Shown piece after piece: positions 41,250 to 53,800 of a stretch of DNA of 64,000 bases (within the stretch, counting starts at the first letter, position 1; the number at the start of each line of letters is the position of its first letter). Below the pieces are notes generated by a model. It was not told where the DNA came from. It made no database searches and saw nothing but the letters and a program-made list of their open reading frames with translations. The DNA is taken from positions 1 to 64,000 of the forward strand of contig MCFE01000481.1 of the NCBI GenBank assembly GCA_002104905.1, in the 5' to 3' direction. The DNA comes from Basidiobolus meristosporus CBS 931.73 (taxonomy: Eukaryota > Fungi > Basidiobolomycota). Both the position numbers and the translations under genes were made by a program.

Positions 41250-41700
41250 AAAGTATATGGCAACTTTGCAAGCATCACACTAAAAAGACATACGGTTGTG
41301 TTGATATGGTGTGTCAATTGAAGTGGTTGTGCACATATGCAGAGGTTAGTAAGCAGGAGGCTATAGCTTTTTTGATTCAAGCTCTATGTGGAGTGCACAA
41401 GGTATAAGTGGGTAAGCAAACAAAGTGGGGCAATTCTATAGTATGAATGGCACAAGAGGAGGTAGAAATAGTAAAAACCATCTGGTAAATAGGTACAGTA
41501 GAATTACACAGTACTACCTGTAAGTTGCTCTATTGCCATTATAAAGCCAGCAAAGGTTTGCTATGCATTCATTAGAGCACTGATAAGTTTCTTGCCATAT
41601 AAGGCAATTGGATGTATTGGCCAACTAGGTCCTCTCAAGTAAATGTAGAACACATCAAGATTGTTAGAATGCCATGCAGTTCTTGTATAAAGACCATCTA
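41250..41700 (+). mobile_element. CACTA-like transposase 3' fragment (copy B, right part)
   Basis: Homologous to about 63540-63900 of copy D (TATGGCAACTTTGCAAG...). Confidence 0.65.
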
Positions 41701-42648
41701 AGCCCTATGAAAAATTATTGTGATGATCTGGTCAAAAGGCCGTCACAAACTTAAAGTCCCATTGCTAAGAGGTACTGATCCCATCAGGACACCATCCAGA
41801 GACCATTAAAAAATAATTGCACCTCAGATTTCACAAAAAACTTTGTCAAGATTTTTCATCACAACAATGTATAAGTGGCTTTTGATTGGTTCCCTGCCAG
41901 TTTGCTCACTTCCTGATCCCAGAAACTCTATTGCCTCCTATGTTTGTGTGCATTGACTGGCTATTGCCTTATTTTCAGCTCCTTACTTCCTGACTCAACT
42001 GTTTCTCTTACTTTTCATGTGTACAAATTGATTTATTTCTGTTGAAGCTTCAGTTGTACCTCAACTACTAATTGTATTGACCTATACAAGTCCCTATACC
42101 CTACACTAACATAAAGCCCAGCTCCACACTCAACAAGTAACTCCATTAAAATCCACCACTCAATAAGTATTTCTGCTGTAATGCTCTGGTTCCACAACTT
42201 TAGCAGGAACCCAATGGCTTTATGCCACTGTTCATTCACTGGTTCCTACATGTGGTGGTCTTCAGCTGGCACTGCAAGGTCTAGCACCTCATCTGCCAGT
42301 CTTTGCAATAAACTCTAGCAATAATCCAGTGCGTTTTCTGGAGCACTGCACTTGAAGAAGTGATGCAACCTCTTGGTGTGCCTTTTGATGTTCCAAAACT
42401 CCACTGAAGGCATTGTGATGGTCTTTTGAGCTCTTGACAATGTAGCCTTGTCTGTTAGTAGATTTTAACACTGTCAACTATGGAGGATGCAGAGGCTGTT
42501 GTAGACAAATTGCCTTTTTCATCAAACTCATTTACCTTGCTGGAGTGAAGCTTAACTGGCTGTGTTTCCAACTCTTCTGAAAACAGCTGTTTTCTTGTTG
42601 GTAATTCTTCTTAGCTATGATGGGATTTAGTCTGTTCCTGGCTTGCGG

Positions 42649-43720
42649 CGTAGTGGGGTGACAGTGACACCCACTGACAGATGTGCTCATTCCCTTATTT
42701 TGTACTTCCTTCTATCTCTACTACACTTATTTTAGTTTTATCCCATTTGTCTTACCCAATCAGTACTATCCCATAAGCCGGTTGACTATCACACCTGTTT
42801 ACCTTATTGCATAAGTTACCCCTCACTTTATGTAAGACAACTAGCTATAAGTACTTCTATATTAGGCAAGTACCTGCGCCAGTACCCATGACACATGATC
42901 AACCCTGTGTCACCATCCCTACCATTTCCATACCATATATGGTATCCATATGTTACACAGGTTTCAGAATACTGATTCCTGATTGGTTGGATGTGCTGTG
43001 CCTCTTAGAACCTTCCAGCACCTACTTGGAACATTCTTGGGTCATTCTGATGTCATTAAGATTTCTGTTGATATCTGGAACCTTCTGAAACACAATGATT
43101 AGTACTCACTTAGCCAGTGAGAAAAGTACATAAGGGAGGCTATCCCTCAACAATAAATCATCATCCCTTTTATCAATATACTGACTTGTTGATTAGTGTG
43201 ATCACTGCTACCTGCTGCTACCTGAACTTCCAACCCTAGACTACAGGACACTCCCAGGAAGCTGTGCTGACAGCCAACTGACTTTGGAGGCACTACTTGT
43301 GAAGAATACTCAGAGTAGGTATCTTTTATTATATTTGATTCTTTCCCAAGTTTGTTCTTGTACAGGCAAAGATACTTTTCTGTCTTTGTAACTATTGACC
43401 ACAGCTGCATTCTTATCAAGTCCCTGCTGGTGGAGTTTACAGTTGTTTTGACTTTGGAAGCTTTAGTACATTGGCATCTCAAAGGACACTGAACCCAGCA
43501 CATACTTTTGTTAAGACGCCAACTAAGTTGGGGATTGTAGCTCAATAGTTTTCCCTTGACAAGCTTGTGGCTTTATTCCCCTTCACATTAGATTAGAGAC
43601 AGAACCCAAGTATTCCTAGCAAGCTTTTGCCAGAGGTTATTGCACCCAGTGAACACCCCACACACAAAACACTTGAGAAGTGTCGGACATATATCTCCCT
43701 TGGACCTATACACCACCACA
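42649..43720. mobile_element. Solo LTR related to the 36.3-40.9 kb LTRs, inverted; TSD GCGG/TCGG
   Basis: Absent from copy D at the homologous site (GCTTGTGGCATT). Its right end is the reverse complement of TGTGGTGGTGTA. The internal block CTGATTCCTGATTGGTTGGATGTGCTGTGCC matches the LTRs in reverse. Confidence 0.85.
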
Positions 43721-45763
43721 TCGGCATTAATTGGCAAGAAATGCAGTTTTTTTTACATGCCTCCCTGTCCGGGGCTTGGGTGGACACTTTTCCCTTTATC
43801 ACTGCCAGGTCTTTCACTGCCACTTTGTCTGAGCGCTTCTTGTAAAGAACTTTGTTCACTCCTGGATAGGTTATGCTCTAACATATCAGTTTTGGCCTGC
43901 TTGTCCCTTGCTAGCACTCTGCTGGCAAACTGATGCTTCTATTCTAATTGTTTTGAGCTCTCAATGGTAGCTGTGATGGGCTCCTGTAAAAGCGGCTGGT
44001 ATTTATCACAGCCAGGTCTATCACCGCTACTTTGACTGGGTGCTTCTTGAGTGGTACTACGCTTTTTCCTTGATAAATGTTGTGCTGGTGCATCTATGTT
44101 TGCCTGCTTGTCCCCTATTGGCACTCTTCCAGATACCTGACATCTCTTTATGCTTGTCTAGAGCTTTTGCCCTGCTTGTAACAGGCTCTTGAGGAAGCCG
44201 CTGGTTATTAACCATGGCACCCTTGTTCTTCTGCCTTTGATAGTTTCTGCTATTCTTAAGATACTTTCTTAGCATACCAATGCAGGCCCAAAATCCATTT
44301 GCCTGTTTGAATCCAGGATAATGCTCATGAAATAAGTCAAGTGCATTCTACTTGGCCTTAAGTTCCTGATGGTCCCATGGTATGCTGGCCTTGAGGTGAT
44401 GAAGTGCTAGACTTCTGACAGCCTCTTGTATGTTAGCCAACTCTTCATTATTGCACTCAACAGCTTCATGGATCTTGAATGTCTTTTGATTTTTAGGCTT
44501 TGGTATGAACACCACATTGTCTCCCTCCCATGCAGTGATAAATTTTTCTGTGGGCTCTATTTTGGGCACTGTTGTTGTGCCTCAAAGACTGTATAGTACT
44601 ACTCTGCTGTTACATCAGGAAATGGCTCAGTTCTTGGCTGTGACATTGGGCTACTTGAGTTCCTTCTTTGCAGCAAAGATACTGCTTTCTCCACCTGAAT
44701 ATTGATTGCTCTACATGTAATTTCTGTTCATCCTGTTTCTGGACTATTTCCTGACTTCTCTGGGCTGTTGCATCTATACTTTCAGCCACTGCACCTAATT
44801 GCTTCATTAGTGCTTTGGTATGAGCTGACAACATACTTGCTAATATGGGTAGTGGTGATGTTATGATGGCCACTTGCTGGTCTTCAACGGAGGGTACTGC
44901 ATTTGTCACATTCCCATCTGGCTGAGCATAACAGTCAGCTTGTGGCTCCGCCAAGGGTCTCAAATGCCTACTTGACTGAGAGCCTGAGGAGTCTGCATTA
45001 TAACCTTCAATAGGCACACTAGACTTGTTCCATCGTACCGTGCCAGGGCGCGCGGCGCAATCCGCGGTCGCAAAGAACGATTGGGCGCGATATTATGGCT
45101 ACCAGAAGACAGGATCGTTCTTGGACGATTTTGCACTATGCGGGTCGATCTTGCACACTATGGCACAATCTGACACGATGAGGTTGGCACGGATGATCGC
45201 GCCAACTTGTAATGTTTGCATCACGTGCGCGATCGGATACTGCTATAATGGCAGGTAAAATCCGGTATTTGGATATGTTTCTTTAATGTAAATGGAAATA
45301 AATGTGTATCACACTATAAACTATACTGATACTTACCATTTTGGTTACCCTCACTCCAATTGGATGGTATCTCAGTGGTTAATTGGTCCAAAAGTATCCT
45401 GAAGCTGGCATCCCCCAATTGGCTCATTGACTACTAAAAAAGCTACCTGATTCGCCAACAAATATCCCATTTTGCCCATTGAGCAAGTATATCCCTGATC
45501 CTAGTAATTGGGCTAGGTGTCATAGCTAGCACGCAAGCGATCGTGTAGGTGCGGAACAGATCCAATTGCTGCACTGCTATTACAGATGACGTATATATAT
45601 GCAGGGTGTTTATTTATAGGGGTTCTGTCTCAAATGTGAGACAACCTTGATATTACTTATATCAAAAATTTGATGATCACTGATTTGCGATGGCTCAATT
45701 TGGATCGCAAAAAAAAAGGGTTGTCGGGATCATTACGAATGTGAGCGATTCAAAGCGATCGCA

Positions 45764-46918
45764 TCATCTTCTCCTGGGTTTTTTTCTCACAGGGATTACT
45801 ACTGAAGCATTTGGTAGTGACTCACTTTGCACACCTATACTACTTCCAGGCTGACTATCATCTTGGCTACTTGTGTATTTGTAGTCAGTATTTTGCCTCC
45901 TAGTTGATGACTGCGATGCTGCAGCTTGGCCGCGCTGAATCGCTCCGACTGAACTAACTGAACCGGCCTGTAGTGCCACGCGCTGACGCGTTCTTTTACT
46001 TGCCAAGGGCTCTGGTGGTTGAGGCACTTCATGTTGGTCATCATCAGTCAGTTCACCAGAAGTAACTCGCTGATGGTTGGGCAAAACGGCACGCACAGGC
46101 GCACCTTGACGCGTTGAGATGGCCCTTGGCTGAGTTTGATGGGATGCCGCATGTTGACGCAACTTGGTCCGCTCCAATGGACTTGTGTCTAAATGAGCAG
46201 TTTGCCGAGTTCTCGTAGTTTTGCTCTGAAGCGCGCACGTTGACCCGACGCGCGTTGACTCGACACGGGGCGTTCTGGTAAAGGTTGTTGGCGTGGTCTG
46301 GACTGACGTGCGCTGGCGCGCTGTGGTTGCAAGAGATGGTAGGGAATCCAGCGAGGTGTGCTGGCGCGATCTGGACGATGTTGCCCGCAGTCTGTATTCT
46401 TCCTCCTGAAGCTCACCATCTGATTCCTCAAGGTATTCACTTACCCTCTGTCTGATACTTTGGAGCTGTTGCCTGGATGAGTCCTGTGTATATTGCTCTC
46501 GGAAGCCACTTAGCTCTACTAATATATCACGTAGTACATTAGTCATTTGAGGCAAAAACTCATTCAAAATCTCTTTGGTTCCCAAGGTTAAGGCACAAAC
46601 GGACGCGTCCGGCCCGTACTGTGCAAATTGTGTGCGAAATTGTTCCCGCGCGGCTTCTTTGTCAAATCCCCTCACTCTCAGCTCATTCTTGATTTCAATA
46701 CTTGTCTTGTTATATATCTTTTTACATACATCGGCTGGCATCTTGATGTAGAACTCATGCTACAGCTTTCTACTCAAATTCTTCCATCTTTGTTGACTCT
46801 CTGAGGTATCTAGTTCTGCTAGATTAATCAGTAGTGCCCAAATATCTGTATGAAGGCTCATCATAGACACTTGGGCCATACTAAAATCATTTGGCAAGAA
46901 CTCAAATGGATCCGACAT
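45764..46918 (-). pseudogene. PHIS accessory ORF (Myb/SANT-like N-terminus, long S/T/R/Q low-complexity tail) with one in-frame TAG at 46762-46760
   Basis: ORFs 46760..47011 and 45764..46741 share a frame: MSDPFEF..QQRWKNLSRKL*HEFYIKMPADV.. RWKNL recalls the Myb/SANT/MADF helix of Harbinger ORF2 proteins (weak motif). Basic C-terminus RKKPRRR. Confidence 0.6.
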
Positions 46919-47370
46919 CGACTTTTCCAGTCCGGACCGCGCTTGTGAGCTGGGGGATGGGTTTTGTCTGGGTTGTACTAAAGATGAGTTGAGGCTTGGT
47001 ATGGGGACCATAGCAACGGATTTGGATACTTATACAGCAGTATATTGGCATCAACCTAGTCTTATATGAAATATATATGAAAACTAATGTGATTGTTGAA
47101 TTTTCCATATATTATGCATGATACATCTCGGATTGCGTTGACACGGATCAGATCACATCAATCGCAGATTTCCTATTTGATTATAGACCTATGATTAAAG
47201 CATCAATAAAAGTACCAAGGCATTGTTTGCGGATGATTTTTGCGACATAATGATGGTATACATGGCAATTGATGGAGATTTAACCATAATGTGTTAAAAA
47301 TCAGATAAATAACGCGGATCGCACCAAATCAATTCAAACCGCCTTTATACAATCATCCATCAATTTTAAT

Positions 47371-48255
47371 ATGACTTACTCATCTGAATGGTCTTTTCTC
47401 ATCAATCCCATCACTACCACTGGATTTCCTTTTGACACACTGGAGGAGATCTATACCAAGTACTGTGGACCATCAACCCCAATCTACTCAAGGAGATCCC
47501 TTGTTAAGCTTCTCTGCTATTACAAGAACTATTGCCCTACAAGGTTTCATCCCACCATCCATGGCAACAAAAGTCCTAGAAGCTTTCATTCCCAGCTGAC
47601 AGCCATGGAGAACCACCTTGCAGAGGGTATGAATGACTTAGAGCAAGCTTGGAATACTAGGTTCAGAAGCTCCAATAGACTTCCATATCCCAGAGTGTTC
47701 AGCAACAGGTTCCATATCAGGAGTATTTTGGATACCTTCCCAGTGAGGATTAACAGACCTTCTAGAGGGCAGAGGCACTTTTATTCTGGCAAGTACAAGG
47801 CACACTGTGTGAAGTTTCAAGCACTATCTGACATTGAGGGCAACATCATCTGGTTTAGTGGGCCATTTGCTGGAAGTAGGCATGACAAAGCACTCTGGGT
47901 AGAGAATCATCCTGAATTCAGTAGAGGGGAGAAATGTATGGCAGACTTAGCCTATATAGGAGAGGATTGTCAGAGATTAGGATGTATTACAGCTTATAGG
48001 AAGCCAAGGAATGGTGTGCTTAGCAGGAAGCAGAAGCTCTACAATGAGATATTTAATCATTTCAGAGTGAGGGTAGAGCACACATTTGGATATCTGAAGA
48101 GATTCAGCATATTGGCAGGTAAATACAGAGGAAAGTCATATATAGGTGAAAACAGCAGGATAGGTAAAATAGTTAAGATACTTATTAATGCACAGTATGT
48201 TCATACAAGAAGACATCCACTGAGAGAAATGTGTCTGGAGCATTATGAAGAGTAA
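47371..48255 (+). CDS. DDE_Tnp_4 (IS5/ISL2-like, PHIS) transposase, intact
   Basis: ILDTFPVRINRP (D), QRHFYSGKYKAH, GSRHD, CMADLAYIG (D), FRVRVEHTFGYLK (E). No stops or frameshifts. Confidence 0.92.
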   Translation: MTYSSEWSFLINPITTTGFPFDTLEEIYTKYCGPSTPIYSRRSLVKLLCYYKNYCPTRFHPTIHGNKSPRSFHSQLTAMENHLAEGMNDLEQAWNTRFRSSNRLPYPRVFSNRFHIRSILDTFPVRINRPSRGQRHFYSGKYKAHCVKFQALSDIEGNIIWFSGPFAGSRHDKALWVENHPEFSRGEKCMADLAYIGEDCQRLGCITAYRKPRNGVLSRKQKLYNEIFNHFRVRVEHTFGYLKRFSILAGKYRGKSYIGENSRIGKIVKILINAQYVHTRRHPLREMCLEHYEE

Positions 48256-51200
48256 ATAAAGCAAGGAAAGCACTATTCTGAGCAACATAAGTAAGATTGA
48301 GTAAAATTACCAGTAACTGTATCATACCACTGGCATCATGGTAGAAATTATAGTGCCAGATACTGCCGTAGAGTGCCAGATTGATCCGGCACTATAAACA
48401 GGCTGGCACTATGTGGCACTATCCAACAGAACAAGTCTACTGTCCACAGGGCCTTTTTTGGATGTAGTCCTGCTTGTTGCACTGAATGTCAAAGTGAGCT
48501 GTTATCCAATTTTTCTTCTGTTGCCATCAATGGTGGGGTTTGGGGTGGAGCCAGACAACTTTGCTTTATTTTTTGGCAGCCTATATATGCAAGTGAATCA
48601 AACCAAAGGTGAAACAATGTTACATATATGTGTGCATGAGGTGCCACAGCTTTATTTATAATGCTTACCATGACTGGTCATCAGTAAATCTTACATTCAT
48701 ACAATGTATGTTCAATTTCTCAAATACAAGACTGTCTTAAGTTCAAAAGAGTATTGAACAAAAAGTGATATAATAGCATTAGGTTTTTGAAGGTCAAACT
48801 GTTTGCCTATGGACAAGGACACTTTAACTCAACACTGTAAGGAAAGAGCAAAAGACCATGTGGCTATTGTGGCAAATCTCTCAGCTATGAAGCATGCAGA
48901 CAGCATAGGAAGTATTACAAGGATCATGGCCAGTGTTTTGCCACCCAAGTCATATTTAGCCATTTATTGGTCACTACTGTGCCATCAGTATCTTGCCAGC
49001 CAGTTGATACTTCTATATTGGCACCTGGCCATCTTTGTCACCTTGCACAAACTGAGACAGGTGAGTTTGTGACGCCTTGAGGCTCACCTCATCATTCTGA
49101 ATATGGCATGCAGAGTGATAGCTCTGGTGAAGAAGGTTCACTGATGTATTTTGAGCCTATCTCCCCTAGCAACAGTACCATGTATGAGCCTGGTCAAATC
49201 CCTACATGCAATGAGGCAGCTCCCATTGAAACAAATGCCAAGGATACTTTATGGATCCAAGTGAGCCCAGTAGTCCATCTACTGGTGAGTGATGCAAAAT
49301 TGTGGCTAGAGAAGTGGTGTGTTTCCACTAATATCAATAATGGGGGCTTTGAGGATTTGTTACACTACTTGCCAAAATCATACCACAATGCCACTTACCA
49401 TGTACATGGTACAAGTGGACAACTCTCATGCAGCTGGCAACATATAATCCTGAAACTGTCCTGATTCTACCATATGTTAACAGTTGCATGGCATTCACAT
49501 CCAAAAATGCTACCATTGCAGCATGTCCAAATTGTCAGGAATCCATCACCATTGGGGGGAAACATTGTTCACACTCCTGGTATATTCCAGTCATACCCCA
49601 TCTGAGGAGGTGGATGCAGTCTGACAAGTATTGCAAAGCTATACAGTACCGCACTCAGTATCAATCAAGCACAAACATATCTCATATATTTGATGGCAAA
49701 CATTACAAACAGCTACGAAGCAAGGGCTACTTCAAAGGTATGTATGACCATGCCTTTGCTTTAGCACTTGATGGATACTCATTAAACAAGTACTCTACCA
49801 GCAAATCCTGCTGGCCATTGATTCTCATCAATCCAAATCTGCTGCCCATCTTACACTATCAGAGCAATAATCTTGTGGTAGTCTCACTGGTATCTGGGTC
49901 TTAGTCATTGTCTAACCTGGATACCTACCTGTATCCGTTGCTGGATGAGTTTTGTATGCTTTCCATCAGGATAGCAGTAAACAGCCATCATGTAAAAGCA
50001 CCTATTATTTTCTGCATTGGAGATACACAGCTATCAGCAAGATAGCAGGTTTTTCCAGGCACAATTGATGGTAGTGTTGTTGAGTGTGTGAGATACAGAG
50101 GATTTACGCCATAACTCACACACATTATAATTAATCAAGCCCCAGCACTTAGAAAATCATATTTCCACAGAGTGAATATCCAGAAGTCAGCATGCAATGC
50201 AGCAAAGTTGGCAAGCTATAAGCAGTTGGCCATAATATGGTATCAATTGGAAACTGGAGATACTTAAGTTAGAGGGTATCTGTTGGAGCAAAAGCTTTCC
50301 ACAGGGAGCAATGCATTTGCTTTTCAACAATATACCTATACTAATGACCAAGTTGTGCATGGGGCATTTCAAGCTAAATGAGCCCTTTGAGATACCAGAG
50401 AAATCTGAAAGAATAGGCAAGATATTATAGAGTATCTGCTACCCTCACTACTTCTCTTGGGCTCCAATTTATATTCATATGCATATGCAACAATACAAAT
50501 GCAAAGACTGGATGAGCCAGATATGTATTGATTCAAGTGGCATTCTGAAGCCATGCCTACCAAGAGTACATTGGAAGCATTGGGAGTCATATGTGGACAT
50601 ATTAGGAATATTTATCTAGAAGCAGATCACCAATGCCAACTTGACGCATCTACAGCTGTTGTGTGAGGAGTTTGTGATGGGATTTGAGTGGCTATAATAT
50701 AAGAATGAATTGGAACACATAGGTCTCTGCTGCTATTGTATCCATTCTCTACGCCATCTTGCACAGTGTGTGGAGAATATTGGGCCTTGCTTCACCTTTT
50801 GGGAGCTTCCTTATGGAGCAAATGTGTTGGCAGATGGGAAGATGGGTCAAGTTGCAGGCACTACCATATCCCAATCTCATCAAGACTACTACCTTCAAGT
50901 CCATCATGCATGTGATGAGTTGGCACATGGAGGACAGCCAGGAAGAGTAGAAAAATACTGAGGACAAATGTGCCCATGGAGACACCAATCCCTATGGCAT
51001 TAAGAAGCTAAGCAGCCCCAATGCATGAGTAATCAGTTAAGTAATGCAAAGTTGGGTTGTGTACAACAAGCAACTAATTTTTATCAGGAAAACTCTACCA
51101 AGGTATGCTGGATTTCTCATGGTCACAAGCTAACTTTGTCACCATTCAATACAAAATTCACACAAACAAAAGCCAGAGCACACCTATCAGGGGGACTAGA

Positions 51201-51789
51201 ATCCAGCAGGGAGAAGGAATAGATTGACTAAATATCAAGATGTTCTTTGCAGATTTTCAGGTGTTTTCATGGCAGAAGTGGCAACAACAAAGCATAAGTT
51301 TGCAAGATGTATATATTACCAACAGTACAAGGTATATGGCAACTTTGCAAGTATCACACTAAAAAGCCGCAAAGTTAAGGTGATAGAAATATGTAAATTG
51401 CGGCAGGTGTGCATGTTTGTAGAGGTTAATCAACAGGAGGCCATAGTTTTTTTTAAATAGTGCCATTGAGTGCCAAAAAGGCATAGCAGACCTAAACTTG
51501 GCCACATAGTGTGAAACATTACTCTTCATTTTCATGCTAAGCAGCCCCTGTGTTTCACCCAATGTGCTGGAGAAAATCCATTTTTGATCTTTTTTTTGGA
51601 TCAATGTTGTTCAGGATGTGAAAGAGTACAGAAGGATTGAAGACATGCATCCGGTACTCTATACCCATGGCACTCTGAATCCAGCTCCTGTGGCTTGTAT
51701 CATGTCACAAAATGCATGGCACTATCTTGGTTTACTGGTACTATCTGGCACTATAAGTGCTTTATATAGGATTAACCTTAGGGCTAATA

Positions 51790-53800
51790 TTTAAATAGGT
51801 GCATGTGTCAATGACATGCTCTACATCTCTGACTGGTGGTAGGCCTACTAGCTCAACTGTAAACATGTCAGAGTATTCATTCAAAAGAGTCTGGACCTTC
51901 AGGGGTGCTGGAGAAGAGGTATCCTCCTATAATACCTTCCTGAAGATCATCTGAGTACCTTTTCTAAATGCTCTACAGAGCTGTGTCTTGCTAAGCTCAC
52001 TTGTTTTACACACACTTAAATTGACAAAGTTGAAATCCAGTCTGGAAGATAATAGCTCATAGGTCTAATTGTCTTTCTGGATCTGAGTAGCATGGGTACT
52101 CTAGCTGATAAATGGATAACAACAAAATAGCCAGGTTTGTCCAAGTACAAGGTTAAACTTTTAGCTCCTAAATATATAGGCCTGAGGGTTTTCTTCATAG
52201 TCATTGATCTTCATTCTTACTGGCCAAGTAATAAAGTTGACTATGCAAGAGTTCCCATCACCTCTGGAGACTGAAGTTGACTTGGTAGGTTCTATTTTGA
52301 TTCCAGCATTTAAGGCAAATTGCTCCAACATGTACTCATGCAATGCTCCTGAGTCAATGATGATCTTGGCAGGTACTCCATTGATTACCCCATTCAAGTA
52401 TAATAGCTTTCCTGAGTCTGAGGTCATTTGGGATAGGTATTCTTCTGTCAAGTGGAAGGTCAGTTCTGCATCTTCTTCAAGTTCATCCTTCAGGTTACTA
52501 TGCTCAAGGGCTTCAATATGTTTGATGGTCCCTGTTGACTGGTGTCCATTTCTTCTCTGAGGGCAGTATTCTGCAATATGTCCTTGCTGGTGTCAATTAA
52601 AGCAAAGTCCTTTCTTCTTTCATTCTTCTGAGGTGATATTTGTCTGCATAATGCTTAATTTCATTGTCACTGCAGCTGATTGTCTTCTTTTGTAGTCATT
52701 GTGGCCTCTCCAATTAGTTATGTTGGGCTTTCCAACTCCAAGCATAGCTGAGTCATAGTCAATGGCAATTGAAATGGCTTATTCAGTAGTCTGAGGTCAT
52801 TGGTTATTTGCTTCCTTGCAAGTTCTTTCTTTCAACCCATTAATAAAGTTTTCAACTTGATCCAGGAGGCTCATTTGTCCAGTTTGTCCAAGTAGATATC
52901 TACATTCATAGATGTACTCTTAAACCATTCCTATCTGTCTGAGTGTCTTCAGCTTCTTTCTTAGTAGTGTTTGCTGGTGTGGGGGTTCAAGAACATACTG
53001 AACTTCCTGCACAAACTCATCCCAGGCAGAGATTGCAGAGAATCCCATCACGGTGTCTGACCTAAGTGTGTTGCTGTACCACTGTAAGGCTGCATCTGCT
53101 AAGTAAGAAGCTGCAAAATGCAACTTGCTCTCTGGAGCAACCCCTTTAACCTTAAAAGCTTCTTCAATCTGGAGGAGCCAAGTTCACAGGTTCTCATCAA
53201 TTCTACCATGGTTCTGGTTAACCTTTGCACAAAAGTAGCTCTTGACAGGGTTTTGTTGGTTCTAGGCCATGGTGGTCATTCCTTGGCACTGCTAGCTAAG
53301 GATCTGGAGTAACTGTTGCTATTGTGCCAGGATTTGTTGCATAGCCTCCTTGCCATTCTTGATTTTTGGACATCTTAAAGGAGGCTTCTTCTTCCTTCAG
53401 GGGGCAGGTTTTGGGTTATTGCTGCTATTAATATTAAAAGTCTTGATAATAAGAGCTGCAGAGGAATAGGGAGTTTAGCTAGTATTGTATTCACTAAAAC
53501 TTGACCTGATTTTGGTTGAGATTGCAGCAGCTTCTTATATACAATTTGCCAGATCAGTTGCTAACTAGTTATATTTCATAATGTAGGTTGTGGCTGATGA
53601 CTCATTTGATTGCATCATCATCACCAAATTAGATCCTACATGGTAAGTCTATTTTTGTCTGATATGGAACTGCTGATCCTTTGCTGATTAATACTACTGA
53701 TTTGATAGATAACACTAATATACTGATAGACTAAACATAAACCTAATTGATTTGACTAGAGACTGATTGAATTTAGACATTCAAGCGGTATATCATAATA
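51790..53800 (-). mobile_element. Truncated Ty3/gypsy element: 5' LTR (53432-53800), gag, protease, start of RT
   Basis: HFAASYLADAALQWY (gag), NGVPAKIIIDSGA (protease), EYSDMFTVELVGLPPVRDVEHVID (RT start). The LTR is homologous to the solo LTR at 60843. Confidence 0.85.

Larger units (their letters stand above)
45021..48438. mobile_element. PHIS-superfamily DNA transposon (Pangu-type, ANT TSD), 3418 bp, with two divergent ORFs
   Basis: 10-bp perfect TIR AGACTTGTTC / GAACAAGTCT; 3-bp TSD ACT (45018-45020, 48439-48441). Copy D has the empty site CACACTGTCC. Subterminal GCAC(T/G)AT repeats. Confidence 0.9.
41703..51455 (+). mobile_element. CACTA/EnSpm-like copy C (degenerate, 3'-truncated), containing a solo LTR and the PHIS element
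   Basis: Starts CCCTATGAAAAATTATTG. ORF2 remnants on minus (to ~45010); transposase remnants on plus at 49100-51450 (HAFALALDGYSLNKYSTSKSCWPLILIN, CPNCQE, CYCIHSLRHL). Confidence 0.8.

Noticed and set aside
45764-46918. Fanzor/TnpB nuclease as transposon cargo
   Set aside because: No RuvC motifs or zinc finger; the C-terminal two-thirds is low-complexity.
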